DNA of 64,000 nt, taken from contig JBMOPW010000035.1 in assembly GCA_049322915.1 (NCBI GenBank), positions 64,001 to 128,000 on the forward strand, read 5' to 3'. The stretch's first letter is position 1, and each line of letters opens with the position of its first letter. Below are positions 9,071-19,022 of this stretch, in pieces. A model generated the notes under the pieces. It was not told the DNA's origin, did not search any database, and saw nothing but the letters and a program-made list of their open reading frames with translations. Position numbers and translations under genes: made by a program. The DNA is from Candidatus Zhuqueibacterota bacterium (GTDB taxonomy: Bacteria; Zhuqueibacterota; Zhuqueibacteria; Thermofontimicrobiales; Thermofontimicrobiaceae).

Positions 9071-9949
9071 ATGAAAAAAATTGTATGTGTCGTGCTGGGG
9101 CTTCTTGTTGCTTTCTTTTTAAGCAATGTCTCAACGGCCCAGGAATTAGAACTCATCTTTTCCCATAAATATCACGCCATAGAGGTTGAAGCAGAATGCG
9201 AAGCCTGTCATGCTGCCTCGGCAAGCATGCTGTCAACCGATAACCTGTTGCCCGACATGGAAAAATGTTATACCTGCCACAGCCAGGATGAAGAATGCAG
9301 CAAATGCCACAAAGACCCGGACAATGCCATCGTCTATCCCCGAATCACGGATTACATCGCCAAGTTCCCGCACAGCACACACGCTGCCAAAGGACTGGCC
9401 TGCGAAAAATGTCATGCCGGAGTCGCTGAAAGTGGCAACATCCTGGAAAAACACCTGCCAACCATGGCCAGTTGCACCGACTGTCACGATCAGCTTGCCC
9501 GGGAGAATTATTGCTATACCTGCCATAACACCGGCGAGGCCCTGAAGCCTGGCGATCACAATTTAGCCTGGAACAAGGAGCATGGATTGGCTTCATACAC
9601 GGCCGATAACTCCTGCAAAACCTGCCATCCGGACGATATGTGTTTGAATTGCCACCGCGGCGATAATCTGGATCATCAGGTGCACTCACTGAATTTTGTG
9701 AATAATCACAGTCTCCAGGCAAAGGGCAACAAAGAGAATTGCTACACCTGTCATGAAGAATTGTCCTTCTGCGTCGACTGCCATCGCCAGCGAATGGTGA
9801 TGCCGCGGAACCACGCGACAGCGAGTTGGTCCAATACTTCTTCCGGAGGTGGGCATGCGCGAGCCGCGAAACTGGATATGGATTCATGCCTGAGCTGCCA
9901 TTCCGATGCCGCTGGAGATCCTGTGTGCGTTCAGTGTCACCAGAAATAA
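9071..9949 (+). CDS. Periplasmic dodecaheme cytochrome c
   Basis: Signal peptide; 12 CXXCH motifs counted. Confidence 0.9.
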   Translation: MKKIVCVVLGLLVAFFLSNVSTAQELELIFSHKYHAIEVEAECEACHAASASMLSTDNLLPDMEKCYTCHSQDEECSKCHKDPDNAIVYPRITDYIAKFPHSTHAAKGLACEKCHAGVAESGNILEKHLPTMASCTDCHDQLARENYCYTCHNTGEALKPGDHNLAWNKEHGLASYTADNSCKTCHPDDMCLNCHRGDNLDHQVHSLNFVNNHSLQAKGNKENCYTCHEELSFCVDCHRQRMVMPRNHATASWSNTSSGGGHARAAKLDMDSCLSCHSDAAGDPVCVQCHQK

Positions 9950-9992
9950 GTTCAATGTATTGTGGAAAATTGACGTCTTAGCCTGAGGGTGA

Positions 9993-10415
9993 ATGATGAA
10001 AACTTTTTTTACTCTGCTCATACTATCTCTGTCCACGGCTCTCGTCATTCTGAGCTGCGCGGAAGATAAAAATCCATTACCAAGCACCTCGCATCCGGAT
10101 GAATGGAATACTGTTGGCGCCGATAACTTCCATGGCAGCAAAGTATTAGCCGTCGGATCCAGTTCATGCAAAAGCTGTCACGGCGTCGACCTTAAAGGAA
10201 GCGACACCGGCGAAAGCTGTTTCAAATGTCACCAGAGCTATCCCCACTCCGAGGAATGGATGATGGCTGACAGTGATAATTCTCACAGTGAATATATCAA
10301 AAAGAATAGCGACGCCATGAATAAATGTAAAAACTGCCACGGCAGCAATCTGACCGGCGGGAAAAGCGGCGTCTCCTGTTTCAAATGTCATGCGGCTGAT
10401 ACATTGCCATTGTAA
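9993..10415 (+). CDS. Tetraheme cytochrome c lipoprotein
   Basis: Lipobox ILSC; 4 CXXCH in two internally repeated units (CKxCHG.xLxG...SCFKCH). Confidence 0.85.
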   Translation: MMKTFFTLLILSLSTALVILSCAEDKNPLPSTSHPDEWNTVGADNFHGSKVLAVGSSSCKSCHGVDLKGSDTGESCFKCHQSYPHSEEWMMADSDNSHSEYIKKNSDAMNKCKNCHGSNLTGGKSGVSCFKCHAADTLPL

Positions 10416-10727
10416 ATCATTCTTGCAATCTGAAACGCGATCTTATCTCGTTGAACTCAGGGAGCTTATCCAAGGGGTTTTCAATGTGTATTCATTAGCT
10501 GAAAATATCTCATGGCCACAACGGATAAGATCGCTTTTCAGGTTTTTTGTCATTATCAATAAATTACCCTCACACATATTTTCAGTATTAACTATCCCTC
10601 GTCTTTGGCACAACCATGCAAAGTTCGAAAGACTTTCATGTTGCGGCAATTCGCCGGCAGATGAAATTCCCGGATGCAACCATGACATTGTTGTTAAATT
10701 TTTTCACGTCAGGCGTCTGAAATTAAA

Positions 10728-12326
10728 ATGAAGAAATTGACTAAATTATTTTCCCGAATCAGTATCCGGCTATTCATTCTTCTCTCGCTGCACATTATCC
10801 TGGTTTTTGTGATTATCAACTATGTCAATTTCCATTATTTCGCTCATAAAATGGAAGGCTGTATGGCGGATTATGCCATTCAGGCCGGCAATTTGATCAA
10901 AGAGTCCACGCGAATCAGCATGTTACAAAACGACCGTGTGAACCTCGCTCGTATCATGACGAATTTGAACAGCGTTGAGTACATTGAAGGCATTCGAATT
11001 TATAACAAGAAAGGCGTCATTCAATTTTCCGGCGATTCCACAGAAGTAGGGCAAACAGTGAGCATTCATGACGAGCAGTGCATTTTTTGCCATGAAAGCG
11101 AAAAAGCCAGAGGCGCCATCCCTCAAAAAAATCGTTTCAGGGAATGCCCATCCACCAATGGCTATCGGGTGATGGGATTGATCAATCCCATTGAAAATTC
11201 ACCAGCATGCTATAACGCCGCCTGTCACGCGCATGCCAGCGACGAGACGATATTGGGACTGTTGGATATTCAATTGTCATTGAAAAAACTGGACGTCAAT
11301 ACCCGGGATGCGCGATCCAAGTCGTACATCTTTTATGGGATCATTACCATAATCTCGGCCATTGTATTCAACCGGATTATTCGCACGCAGATACAACGTC
11401 CGATTTCTGAACTGATTCAGGGCACGCAGCAAGTCGCGCATTTGAATCTGGAGCACATTATCCAGATCGACTCCCCTGAGGAAATGGCGAAGTTGGCCGC
11501 CTCTTTCAACAAAATGACGCTGAAATTGAAACAGGCTCAGGAAGAATTGAAAGAATGGTCCAACCGGCTGGAAGAGAAGGTGCAGCAGAAAACCGAAGAG
11601 TTGAGTCAGGCGCAGAGCCAATTGATCATGGCGGAGAAACTGGCTTCCATGGGGAAGCTTTCAGCGGTTGTCGCCCATGAGATCAACAATCCCCTCTCCG
11701 GCATTTTGACCTATTCCAAATTGATGATCAAAAGTCTCCAGCCTTATAAAAATGAACAGGCCGTCAGCAAGGCCATCGAAAATTTGAAAATCATCAGGGA
11801 CGAATCAAAGCGGTGCGGCGACATTGTCAGGAACCTGCTCATTTTTTCGAAAAAATCTTTCGGTGAGAAAAAGCAATCCAACCTGACATCGATACTCAAC
11901 AGAAGTATTGAACTGGTACAGCATAGCATCGCGATGCGCGAAATTCAACTGACAACAGATTTTGACACGGATGAAGCGCCCATCCATTGTGACGCTGCCG
12001 CTCTGGAACAAATGACGGTCGCGCTGCTGATCAATGCAATCGAAGCCATCCCTGAGGGATCGGGAAAAATAAACATCGCGTTGGAGAGAACAAATCAGGG
12101 GACGACGTACTCCATAAAAATCAGCGACAACGGCGTAGGCATCGATGAAGCGGCAATTCCCCATATCTTTGAGCCGTTTTATTCGACTAAGACCAATGAA
12201 AAAAGCGTGGGACTGGGATTAGCCGTGGTGTACGGCATCGTCGAACGTCATCAGGGCGCCATCCAGGTGAAATCACAAAAGGACGTGGGGACGATTTTCA
12301 CCATTGAGCTTCCTGTTTCAGAGTGA
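10728..12326 (+). CDS. HAMP sensor histidine kinase with a periplasmic heme-motif domain
   Basis: Two TM segments, CIFCH and CYNAACH, H-box AHEINNP, G-box GLGL. Confidence 0.9.
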   Translation: MKKLTKLFSRISIRLFILLSLHIILVFVIINYVNFHYFAHKMEGCMADYAIQAGNLIKESTRISMLQNDRVNLARIMTNLNSVEYIEGIRIYNKKGVIQFSGDSTEVGQTVSIHDEQCIFCHESEKARGAIPQKNRFRECPSTNGYRVMGLINPIENSPACYNAACHAHASDETILGLLDIQLSLKKLDVNTRDARSKSYIFYGIITIISAIVFNRIIRTQIQRPISELIQGTQQVAHLNLEHIIQIDSPEEMAKLAASFNKMTLKLKQAQEELKEWSNRLEEKVQQKTEELSQAQSQLIMAEKLASMGKLSAVVAHEINNPLSGILTYSKLMIKSLQPYKNEQAVSKAIENLKIIRDESKRCGDIVRNLLIFSKKSFGEKKQSNLTSILNRSIELVQHSIAMREIQLTTDFDTDEAPIHCDAAALEQMTVALLINAIEAIPEGSGKINIALERTNQGTTYSIKISDNGVGIDEAAIPHIFEPFYSTKTNEKSVGLGLAVVYGIVERHQGAIQVKSQKDVGTIFTIELPVSE

Positions 12327-12407
12327 AATCCGCCCCGTGAAATGGTGCCGATTCCGCTGCAGATGACTTCCATCAGAACTTATTGAAAATATTTCGAGGT
12401 TTATTTT

Positions 12408-13772
12408 ATGAACAACAAAGATATCAGCATTCTGATTGTCGATGATGAATTTTCGGTGCGGGACTCGCTCTGCCAATGGTTCAAAGCAGAGGGCTTTCAT
12501 GTGGCGACAGCGGAAAGTGCGAATACTGCGTTCGAAATGTTCAAACGTCAGACCTGGGATATTGTTCTGCTGGATATCAGAATGACGGGGATGGACGGGA
12601 TCGAATTCAACAGGCACATCATGAGTGTGGACAAAAGCGTCATCGTCATCATGATCACTGCATTCGCCACCGTCGAAACGGCGGTGCAGGCGATTAAGGA
12701 TGGGGCGTTTGACTATATTTCAAAACCAATTGATCCGGAATATCTATCGCATATCGTCCGCAATGCCCTGGAAAAACGGCAACTGGCGCGGGAGAATATT
12801 CAACTTCGGGAGCGGATCGAAGATTTGACCACGCCGGATGATATTATTGGCACGTCGGCGCGGCTGCGGGACGTGCTGAAGATGGTGGCCTCGGTCGCCA
12901 AATCCGATAGCACCGTGATGATCCGCGGTGAAAGCGGCACAGGGAAAGAACTGATTGCGCGCGCCATTCACAGCAATTCCCATCGCCGGTACGCGCCGAT
13001 CATCTCCATCAATTGCGGCGGAATGACTGAGTCGTTGCTGGAGAGTGAATTATTCGGCCATGAAAAAGGCGCCTTCACCGGCGCGGAACGACTGCGGATT
13101 GGCAAATTGGAGCGCGCCAATAAAGGTACAGTTTTTTTCGATGAAATCGGGAACATCAGCATGAAGATGCAAATGGACTTGCTGCGCGTGCTGGAAACAA
13201 AGCAGTTCACCCGACTGGGCAGCGAAAAACAGGTTGAAGTGGATTTTCGGGTAATCAGCGCCACAAATAAAGACCTGGAAAAGGCGGTCAAGTCCGGCGA
13301 TTTCCGCGAGGATTTATATTTTCGGTTGAATGTCATCTCGATTGAAATGCCTACGCTGCGCGATCGAAAAGAGGATATTCCGTTGCTGGCGCGATTCTTC
13401 TTCAATAAATACAGGCAATCCATGTCCAAGCCGATCAAGGACATATCCCAGGACGCAATGGAAACACTATTGAGCTACGAGTGGCCCGGCAACATCCGTG
13501 AATTGAGAAATGTGATCGAACGCGCAGTTGTCGTCTGCGACAATATTGTGATCAAACCCGACCATTTCACATTCCCATTTCGGGACAAATTCACATCGGC
13601 GGCATTCACAGATTACAGTCTGGAGGGCGCTGAGAAGATGCAGATTCAGCGGGTGTTGAAGCAAACCGGCGGCAACATTTCCAGGTCAGCAGAGATTCTG
13701 AAAATCGACCGCACGACGCTGTATAACAAGCTTAAAAAATTTGATCTCAACAAAATGACTTCATTCGAATGA
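12408..13772 (+). CDS. NtrC-family sigma-54 response regulator
   Basis: REC domain, GESGTGKE, GAFTGA, HTH. Confidence 0.92.
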   Translation: MNNKDISILIVDDEFSVRDSLCQWFKAEGFHVATAESANTAFEMFKRQTWDIVLLDIRMTGMDGIEFNRHIMSVDKSVIVIMITAFATVETAVQAIKDGAFDYISKPIDPEYLSHIVRNALEKRQLARENIQLRERIEDLTTPDDIIGTSARLRDVLKMVASVAKSDSTVMIRGESGTGKELIARAIHSNSHRRYAPIISINCGGMTESLLESELFGHEKGAFTGAERLRIGKLERANKGTVFFDEIGNISMKMQMDLLRVLETKQFTRLGSEKQVEVDFRVISATNKDLEKAVKSGDFREDLYFRLNVISIEMPTLRDRKEDIPLLARFFFNKYRQSMSKPIKDISQDAMETLLSYEWPGNIRELRNVIERAVVVCDNIVIKPDHFTFPFRDKFTSAAFTDYSLEGAEKMQIQRVLKQTGGNISRSAEILKIDRTTLYNKLKKFDLNKMTSFE

Positions 13773-14257
13773 TCCGCGCCATTTTCACGCCATCGACGAA
13801 AGCTCCCGATTCCCCCGCCGGCCAATTCACGCGCCGGAAATAACCGCCGGACATTCAGCCATTCCGAGTTACTGCAAATGAAAATCCGCTACCTCGGTCC
13901 CACTGGTTGGGCAAAGTAACGGATATGCATTTTCCCCACTCACCGCTTGTTCCGACGCCGTCCTCTCCTGTCGTGCATTACTTCATCAAAGAAGCACGAT
14001 GAGCGGACCAGCGAGCATATTCTCCTAGTGGATGGATTGATGGACGTCTTATTTCAATTGTATGCCGCGTTCATGGTTAACAACCTGCCGCCTCTAATGG
14101 AGTGAACGGTCAGGTTGTCAGGTCTTTATTCTACCGGATGTAACTTAAAAGGCTCCTTTTCTGCTGATGGGACTGAGGCCAGTTTATTGGAATTGCTGTC
14201 GCTGTGAACTGCAGCACAGGCAACTAGCAATCACAATTTACGAACGCCTCCACTCCA

Positions 14258-15430
14258 TCACTCGAAAGATTTGCGTTGGAAGTACTCGCTGTAAGCCGCC
14301 CACAGGCTGGTAACAAAACGCTCCGTGTCGTCTGCCGGTTTCCCTTCTGCCTGTTGCAATGATTCTTCCAATTTAGTGTTGATCATCTTGCTGATCTCGT
14401 GAAATCTATCAATTTCCTTCTGATACCATTGCATTGTGTCCGAGCCAATCTTCAGCCCCGGCAGTTCATTGCTGAGATTCTCCGGTTCGATGTTGCACAT
14501 CCATCCAAGTTCATACGGCTTGATATTGACATAATCGATATGGTCTTCGAGATTGGCATTGATCGATACCACGGTTCCGCTGATGGGAGCGGGAAAATTC
14601 AGGGACTGGTCGCCGCGCTGCACGGTGAACAGCAAATCACCTTTTTTGACTTTCTGCCCCTTCTTTGGCAGAACAACGCTTTTGATTTTGCTCAAAATCT
14701 TTTGGGAGAAATCATCGATGCCGACGCGCGCCAATCCGTTCAAATCAATTCTGACCCAGGTGTGAGTCGGCGCTATGAAAATCCCGGCTGGCACATTAAA
14801 TTCATGGCTTGATTTGGACTCGCCGTGCGAAGGAGTAATGAGATGCACCGCCGGCTTGGTGACACGCTCGATCTTGTCCTGGCGCCGGATTAACGACTTG
14901 TTGACAAAATCCACCAATTCATCTTCAGTGAATGGCTTTTGCACATAATCCGTGGCGCCGTATTTCATGGTCGCCACAGCGGTTTCAATGGTCGCGTAGC
15001 CGGTGATGACGATGATATCGATATCCGGACGCAGATGTTTTGCAGCCTTGGTCACTTCAACGCCATCCATCACTGGCATTTTCAAATCCGTGAACAGGAA
15101 ATCGTATTCGGTCTTCTTCAAAAGCCCCAGGGCCTCGGGACCGGTCTCCACGGTATCGATTGAATATCCGGCCAGCACCAGTATTTTTCGGAAACTTGCC
15201 AGTACCACTTCTTCATCGTCCACTGCCAGAATTTTAGCTTTGGGATGGTCGACTTCGACCCGTTTCAGGGATTTGGCCTCTTCCGTGAAATCTAACCGAA
15301 GGCCAATGTCCAGAGCTTCTTCCCGTTCTTTCTTAAGTTTGGAATGCTCCATTTTTTTAAGAACGATTCGTAAAACGGCGTCAGCCAGAATGAAAATAAT
15401 AACGGTTACAATCAGAAATAAGACGACCAT
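14258..15430 (-). CDS. Membrane-anchored response regulator receiver fused to a GcvH-like domain
   Basis: N-terminal TM, REC domain (LAVDDE...DLKMP...KPF), then HTWVR..VGIDDF..APISGTV..N..PYELGW. Confidence 0.8.
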   Translation of the reverse strand: MVVLFLIVTVIIFILADAVLRIVLKKMEHSKLKKEREEALDIGLRLDFTEEAKSLKRVEVDHPKAKILAVDDEEVVLASFRKILVLAGYSIDTVETGPEALGLLKKTEYDFLFTDLKMPVMDGVEVTKAAKHLRPDIDIIVITGYATIETAVATMKYGATDYVQKPFTEDELVDFVNKSLIRRQDKIERVTKPAVHLITPSHGESKSSHEFNVPAGIFIAPTHTWVRIDLNGLARVGIDDFSQKILSKIKSVVLPKKGQKVKKGDLLFTVQRGDQSLNFPAPISGTVVSINANLEDHIDYVNIKPYELGWMCNIEPENLSNELPGLKIGSDTMQWYQKEIDRFHEISKMINTKLEESLQQAEGKPADDTERFVTSLWAAYSEYFQRKSFE

Positions 15431-15506
15431 AATTTCTCCTTCCTAATAGAATGATAATTGGGTACCACGTGCGCAGGATATTCAATGCATCATTCGCCTC
15501 ATTCAC

Positions 15507-16301
15507 TTAGATGCGGCGAAGGCTCAAGTTATTCAGGTCTTTCTCCAGATTTGTCGGAACGACTTGAATCAGCCAGCCATCATGATACGGAGAGGTATTT
15601 AATTTATCCATCTCGCGTTCCAGGCGCTTGTTCAAAGCGACAATCTTACCGCCTAGTGGCGCCCACACCATGTGATTGAGATAGTCTTCCGAGATAATTC
15701 GCACACATAAATTCCCCTGTGATATCTCATTATTGACAAGCGGGAATTCTATTGAATTGATCGTTCCCATGCAGCCAGCGAACGTTTCCCCCAAACCCAG
15801 CGTGCAGATGCCGTCGCTATTCAATTTTGTCCAGGAGTGCTGACCTAATAAATAATACGGCGCTCCTTCGCTATTCTGCTGCGCGTCGTTCTGGAGTTGT
15901 AGGGATGATTGCGTTTCAGTTGCCCGTTCACTGAATTTCTTCGCACGAAAAATGACGCCAGCCAATTCTTCAAAATCAAACGGTTTGGGAATACAATCAA
16001 ATGCACCTGTCCTGAAAATTTTCACGGCATTGGCGTGTGAAGCATAGCCGGTGATGATGATGATTGGAATTGTCGCATTCAATTTTCTGGCATATTCGAT
16101 CACTTCGATTCCGGATTTACCAGGCAACATGAGATCCGACAGTATTAATTGATATTGATTTTTATCGAGTTTATCGAAAGCGCCCTCTGCGCTTTGCGCC
16201 ATATCGACATGAAATCCTTCGACGCTTAATATTCGTCTGGCTGCTTCAGCAACCACCAGTTCATCTTCGACCAGCAGAATATGATTATTTGGGTTCGTCA
16301 T
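15507..16301 (-). CDS. Response regulator receiver fused to a GcvH-like domain
   Basis: REC domain (LLVEDE...DLMLP...KPF) plus HSWTK...APLGGKIVALN...SPYHDGWL. Confidence 0.8.
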   Translation of the reverse strand: MTNPNNHILLVEDELVVAEAARRILSVEGFHVDMAQSAEGAFDKLDKNQYQLILSDLMLPGKSGIEVIEYARKLNATIPIIIITGYASHANAVKIFRTGAFDCIPKPFDFEELAGVIFRAKKFSERATETQSSLQLQNDAQQNSEGAPYYLLGQHSWTKLNSDGICTLGLGETFAGCMGTINSIEFPLVNNEISQGNLCVRIISEDYLNHMVWAPLGGKIVALNKRLEREMDKLNTSPYHDGWLIQVVPTNLEKDLNNLSLRRI

Positions 16302-17832
16302 GATTACATTTCGCAGATTCTTTTTTCGAACTGTCGCTCACCGGCAAACTCAACGTAAACGTTGTTCCTTTGCCCACTTCACTTTTCACTTCAATTTTCC
16401 CGTTGTGCTCTTCAACGATTCCCCAGACCACCGCCAACCCGAGGCCGGTGCCTTTCTGCCCCTTGGTGCTGTAAAACGGATCGAATATTTTTGAAAGATT
16501 CTCCAGGGGAATGCCACAGCCGAAGTCGGTGACATTGACTACAATACAATCCCGCTCTTTCACAATCACCCGTTCGGTAGAAATTAAAATTTCTCCGCCT
16601 TTGGGATCCATGGCATCCGCGGCATTCACTAACAAATTGATGAATACCTGCTGCAATTGATTGGCGTCCGCTTTAATCTCAGGCAAATCACCCGGTGAAT
16701 TCACCCGAACCGAGACATTCTTGAGATTCAATTGATTGCTCAGAATGTGTATTGTTCGCTCGATCACATCATCGATCCGAACAATCGAAATTTTCGCCGG
16801 CTCCTGGCGCGCGAAATCCAACAACCGTTTTACAATTTCGCGGCAACGCTTGCTCTCATGGACAATCACCTCCAGATCGCTCTTCACATCACTCGGTAGA
16901 TCCTTGCGCTTCAATAGAATGCTGCTGAACGAAAGCACGCCAGTGAGCGGATTGTTAATTTCATGAGCAATGCCGGACGTCAGCCGTCCCAATGACGCCA
17001 GCTTATCGGATTGGTAAAGCTGACGCTGCACCGCAGCGAGTTTACTGGTCATCTCGTTGAACGATTGCTCGAGAAAACCTAACTCATCATTTTTGAATTT
17101 ATCGATCTTGTATTCGAGATTTCCTGCAGCAACGATCTTCGTCGCCTTTACCAACTGGTCCACCGGCTTGCCTACCAGGTTATGTACCAAACCCAGGAGG
17201 AGCAAACTGATTGTAATGATTGCACAGACGGTAAGTAAAATGATTTTTGAACGATTGGCATGTATCTGTTGTTCCACTTCATCCAGCCTCATAGTAATAT
17301 CGAGTACACCCAGCACCGTTTGACTTTCAGGATGAGCGTGACACTCCGCCTGCCAACACCCCGGAGCATTGTAAATTGGATTGATAATAGCCAACTGCAT
17401 CTTGCCATCTCGGTTTTTAAATACTCGGGCCCGTTCCGGAATCGTCAACTTTTCCAGCGGCGCACCAACTGCATGGCAGACAAAACAGGATTCCGCTTTT
17501 TTATCCACAAGCTGGCCAATTTCCGTGCTGTCTGTGGAATAAGTGATTTCACCGAGCTTATTGAAAATGCGAATTTTATCCAGGCCTTCCTGATCGCCGA
17601 ATCCCTCGATGATGCGATAGATATGCTGCGGCTGATCCTGCAACATATCATATTCAGTTGCATTCTTGATCGTCTCACTGCACTGACTGGCGCGGTTCTT
17701 CAACTGGTCAATCATCGCTTTTTGCTCGGACTCGATGATGAAAAAAGAAAAAATTGTAATGATCGAAATGGTCACACCACACACAGCAAGTATGAGCTTA
17801 TAACTTATTTTATTGATGCTGGAATATACCAC
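16285..17832 (-). CDS. HAMP sensor histidine kinase with a periplasmic heme-motif domain
   Basis: CFVCH and CWQAECH; AHEINNP; GTGLGL; paralog of 10728-12326. Confidence 0.9.
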   Translation of the reverse strand: MVYSSINKISYKLILAVCGVTISIITIFSFFIIESEQKAMIDQLKNRASQCSETIKNATEYDMLQDQPQHIYRIIEGFGDQEGLDKIRIFNKLGEITYSTDSTEIGQLVDKKAESCFVCHAVGAPLEKLTIPERARVFKNRDGKMQLAIINPIYNAPGCWQAECHAHPESQTVLGVLDITMRLDEVEQQIHANRSKIILLTVCAIITISLLLLGLVHNLVGKPVDQLVKATKIVAAGNLEYKIDKFKNDELGFLEQSFNEMTSKLAAVQRQLYQSDKLASLGRLTSGIAHEINNPLTGVLSFSSILLKRKDLPSDVKSDLEVIVHESKRCREIVKRLLDFARQEPAKISIVRIDDVIERTIHILSNQLNLKNVSVRVNSPGDLPEIKADANQLQQVFINLLVNAADAMDPKGGEILISTERVIVKERDCIVVNVTDFGCGIPLENLSKIFDPFYSTKGQKGTGLGLAVVWGIVEEHNGKIEVKSEVGKGTTFTLSLPVSDSSKKESAKCNHDEPK

Positions 17833-17931
17833 TTTTTATCCTCACAGTTTTATTATCGATCTCCGGTCAGCATTTCATGACCCAAATGGCAAACGCATCA
17901 CTCGAACTTCTGTTCCTTGAACTGATTGCTT

Positions 17932-18735
17932 TCAACACGTAATGTCACCCAGCACACTGGTCACTAAATTGAGATAGTGCTCGGGAGGCAATGAATTGAT
18001 CAGATCCCTTGAAAATACGCCCATGTCATCCAGCAGAATATCTGATGTGAGCGAACCGGCCTGGCAGGTCTCTGACAGTTTGTACTCCAGCCATTTCATT
18101 TCATCCAGATACCAGGAGAATAACGTCTCTCCATTTCGACAATATGAAAGATCCTGGCTTAAATTTTTTGGTTCCACAATCAACATCCACCCGCGATTCA
18201 CCGGATCGAGCGTCAACTGGTTCGGCGCGAGTTGCAGTTCTGGATTCACGACTTTGATCCGGCCAGCTACCGGCGTCGGAATGGAAAAATTGTACTTCCC
18301 GCGTTTCACGTGGCCACAGCATCCGCCTTTTGTAATTTTTTCATCGACGCGGGGAAGCGTGATTTCATCGACAGAACCTAATACAACAGCGGCGACATTA
18401 TCAATGCCCAGTTTCACCTCGTGGGGACCAACAATCTCGATCCAGACATGCCGGGAACTGACAAAATAATTTTCACTCTGCTTGATTTTCACCAGGTGAT
18501 CGAGCGATGAAAAATATCTGAATGAATTGCGCGTGATAACGCTGGCGTCGGTGAAAAATCCCCGCAACGCCTTCTCCAACGGGCAGTTTTCGCACTCAAA
18601 ATTTCTATTGCAAATCTTGTAGGATAACTCTCCCAGTTCAACCCAATCACAGACACTATCACTTTTATCGATCAAGTGGGATAATGGTTTTGGTCTGGAA
18701 TTTCCCATGAGTATAAATCCCTTCTCATCTGACAT
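17932..18735 (-). CDS. Cys-rich domain fused to a GcvH-like domain
   Basis: C-D-W...KIC...FECENC followed by HVWIE..LGIDN..TPVAGRI..N..DPVNRGW. Confidence 0.75.
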   Translation of the reverse strand: MSDEKGFILMGNSRPKPLSHLIDKSDSVCDWVELGELSYKICNRNFECENCPLEKALRGFFTDASVITRNSFRYFSSLDHLVKIKQSENYFVSSRHVWIEIVGPHEVKLGIDNVAAVVLGSVDEITLPRVDEKITKGGCCGHVKRGKYNFSIPTPVAGRIKVVNPELQLAPNQLTLDPVNRGWMLIVEPKNLSQDLSYCRNGETLFSWYLDEMKWLEYKLSETCQAGSLTSDILLDDMGVFSRDLINSLPPEHYLNLVTSVLGDITC

Positions 18736-18766
18736 TGTTCCCGGTTTTCAAGATATAAAGGCAATG

Positions 18767-18782
18767 TTCAAATTCTATGCCA
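18767..18782 (-). promoter_or_regulatory. Sigma-54-like promoter (TTGA variant) for the GcvH/kinase operon
   Basis: Minus strand TGGCATAGAATTTGAA = GG-N10-GA. Confidence 0.55.
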
Positions 18783-18837
18783 ATTTTCTAATGTCAAATA
18801 AAACATTACATTAAACATTCAATAAAAATATTTTCTG

Positions 18838-18873
18838 ATGTGAAAAACCACACAGGAGTTGAAAAATTCAACA
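18838..18873. promoter_or_regulatory. Tandem palindromic enhancer sites between divergent sigma-54 promoters
   Basis: TGTGAAAAACCACA and GTTGAAAAATTCAAC, about 20 bp apart. Confidence 0.5.
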
Positions 18874-18927
18874 CTACACTCGAGCCTGCATTTTGATATC
18901 CTTCTGTTATTATTAATTTAAACTCCC

Positions 18928-18943
18928 TGGCATAAAGATTGCG
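18928..18943 (+). promoter_or_regulatory. Sigma-54 promoter of the Hmc/Hyb-like operon
   Basis: TGGCATAAAGATTGCG = GG-N10-GC. Confidence 0.8.
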
Positions 18944-19022
18944 TAATCGCAATAGGTGAACTTATTTTTTTTTATTATTAGATCAACGTTGCACAGTTCA
19001 ATATAACCATTGGAGGTACTCA

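Noticed and set aside
10691..10709. Rex-like operator TTGTTAA...TTCACG
   Set aside because: Spacer is one base too long and there are several mismatches.
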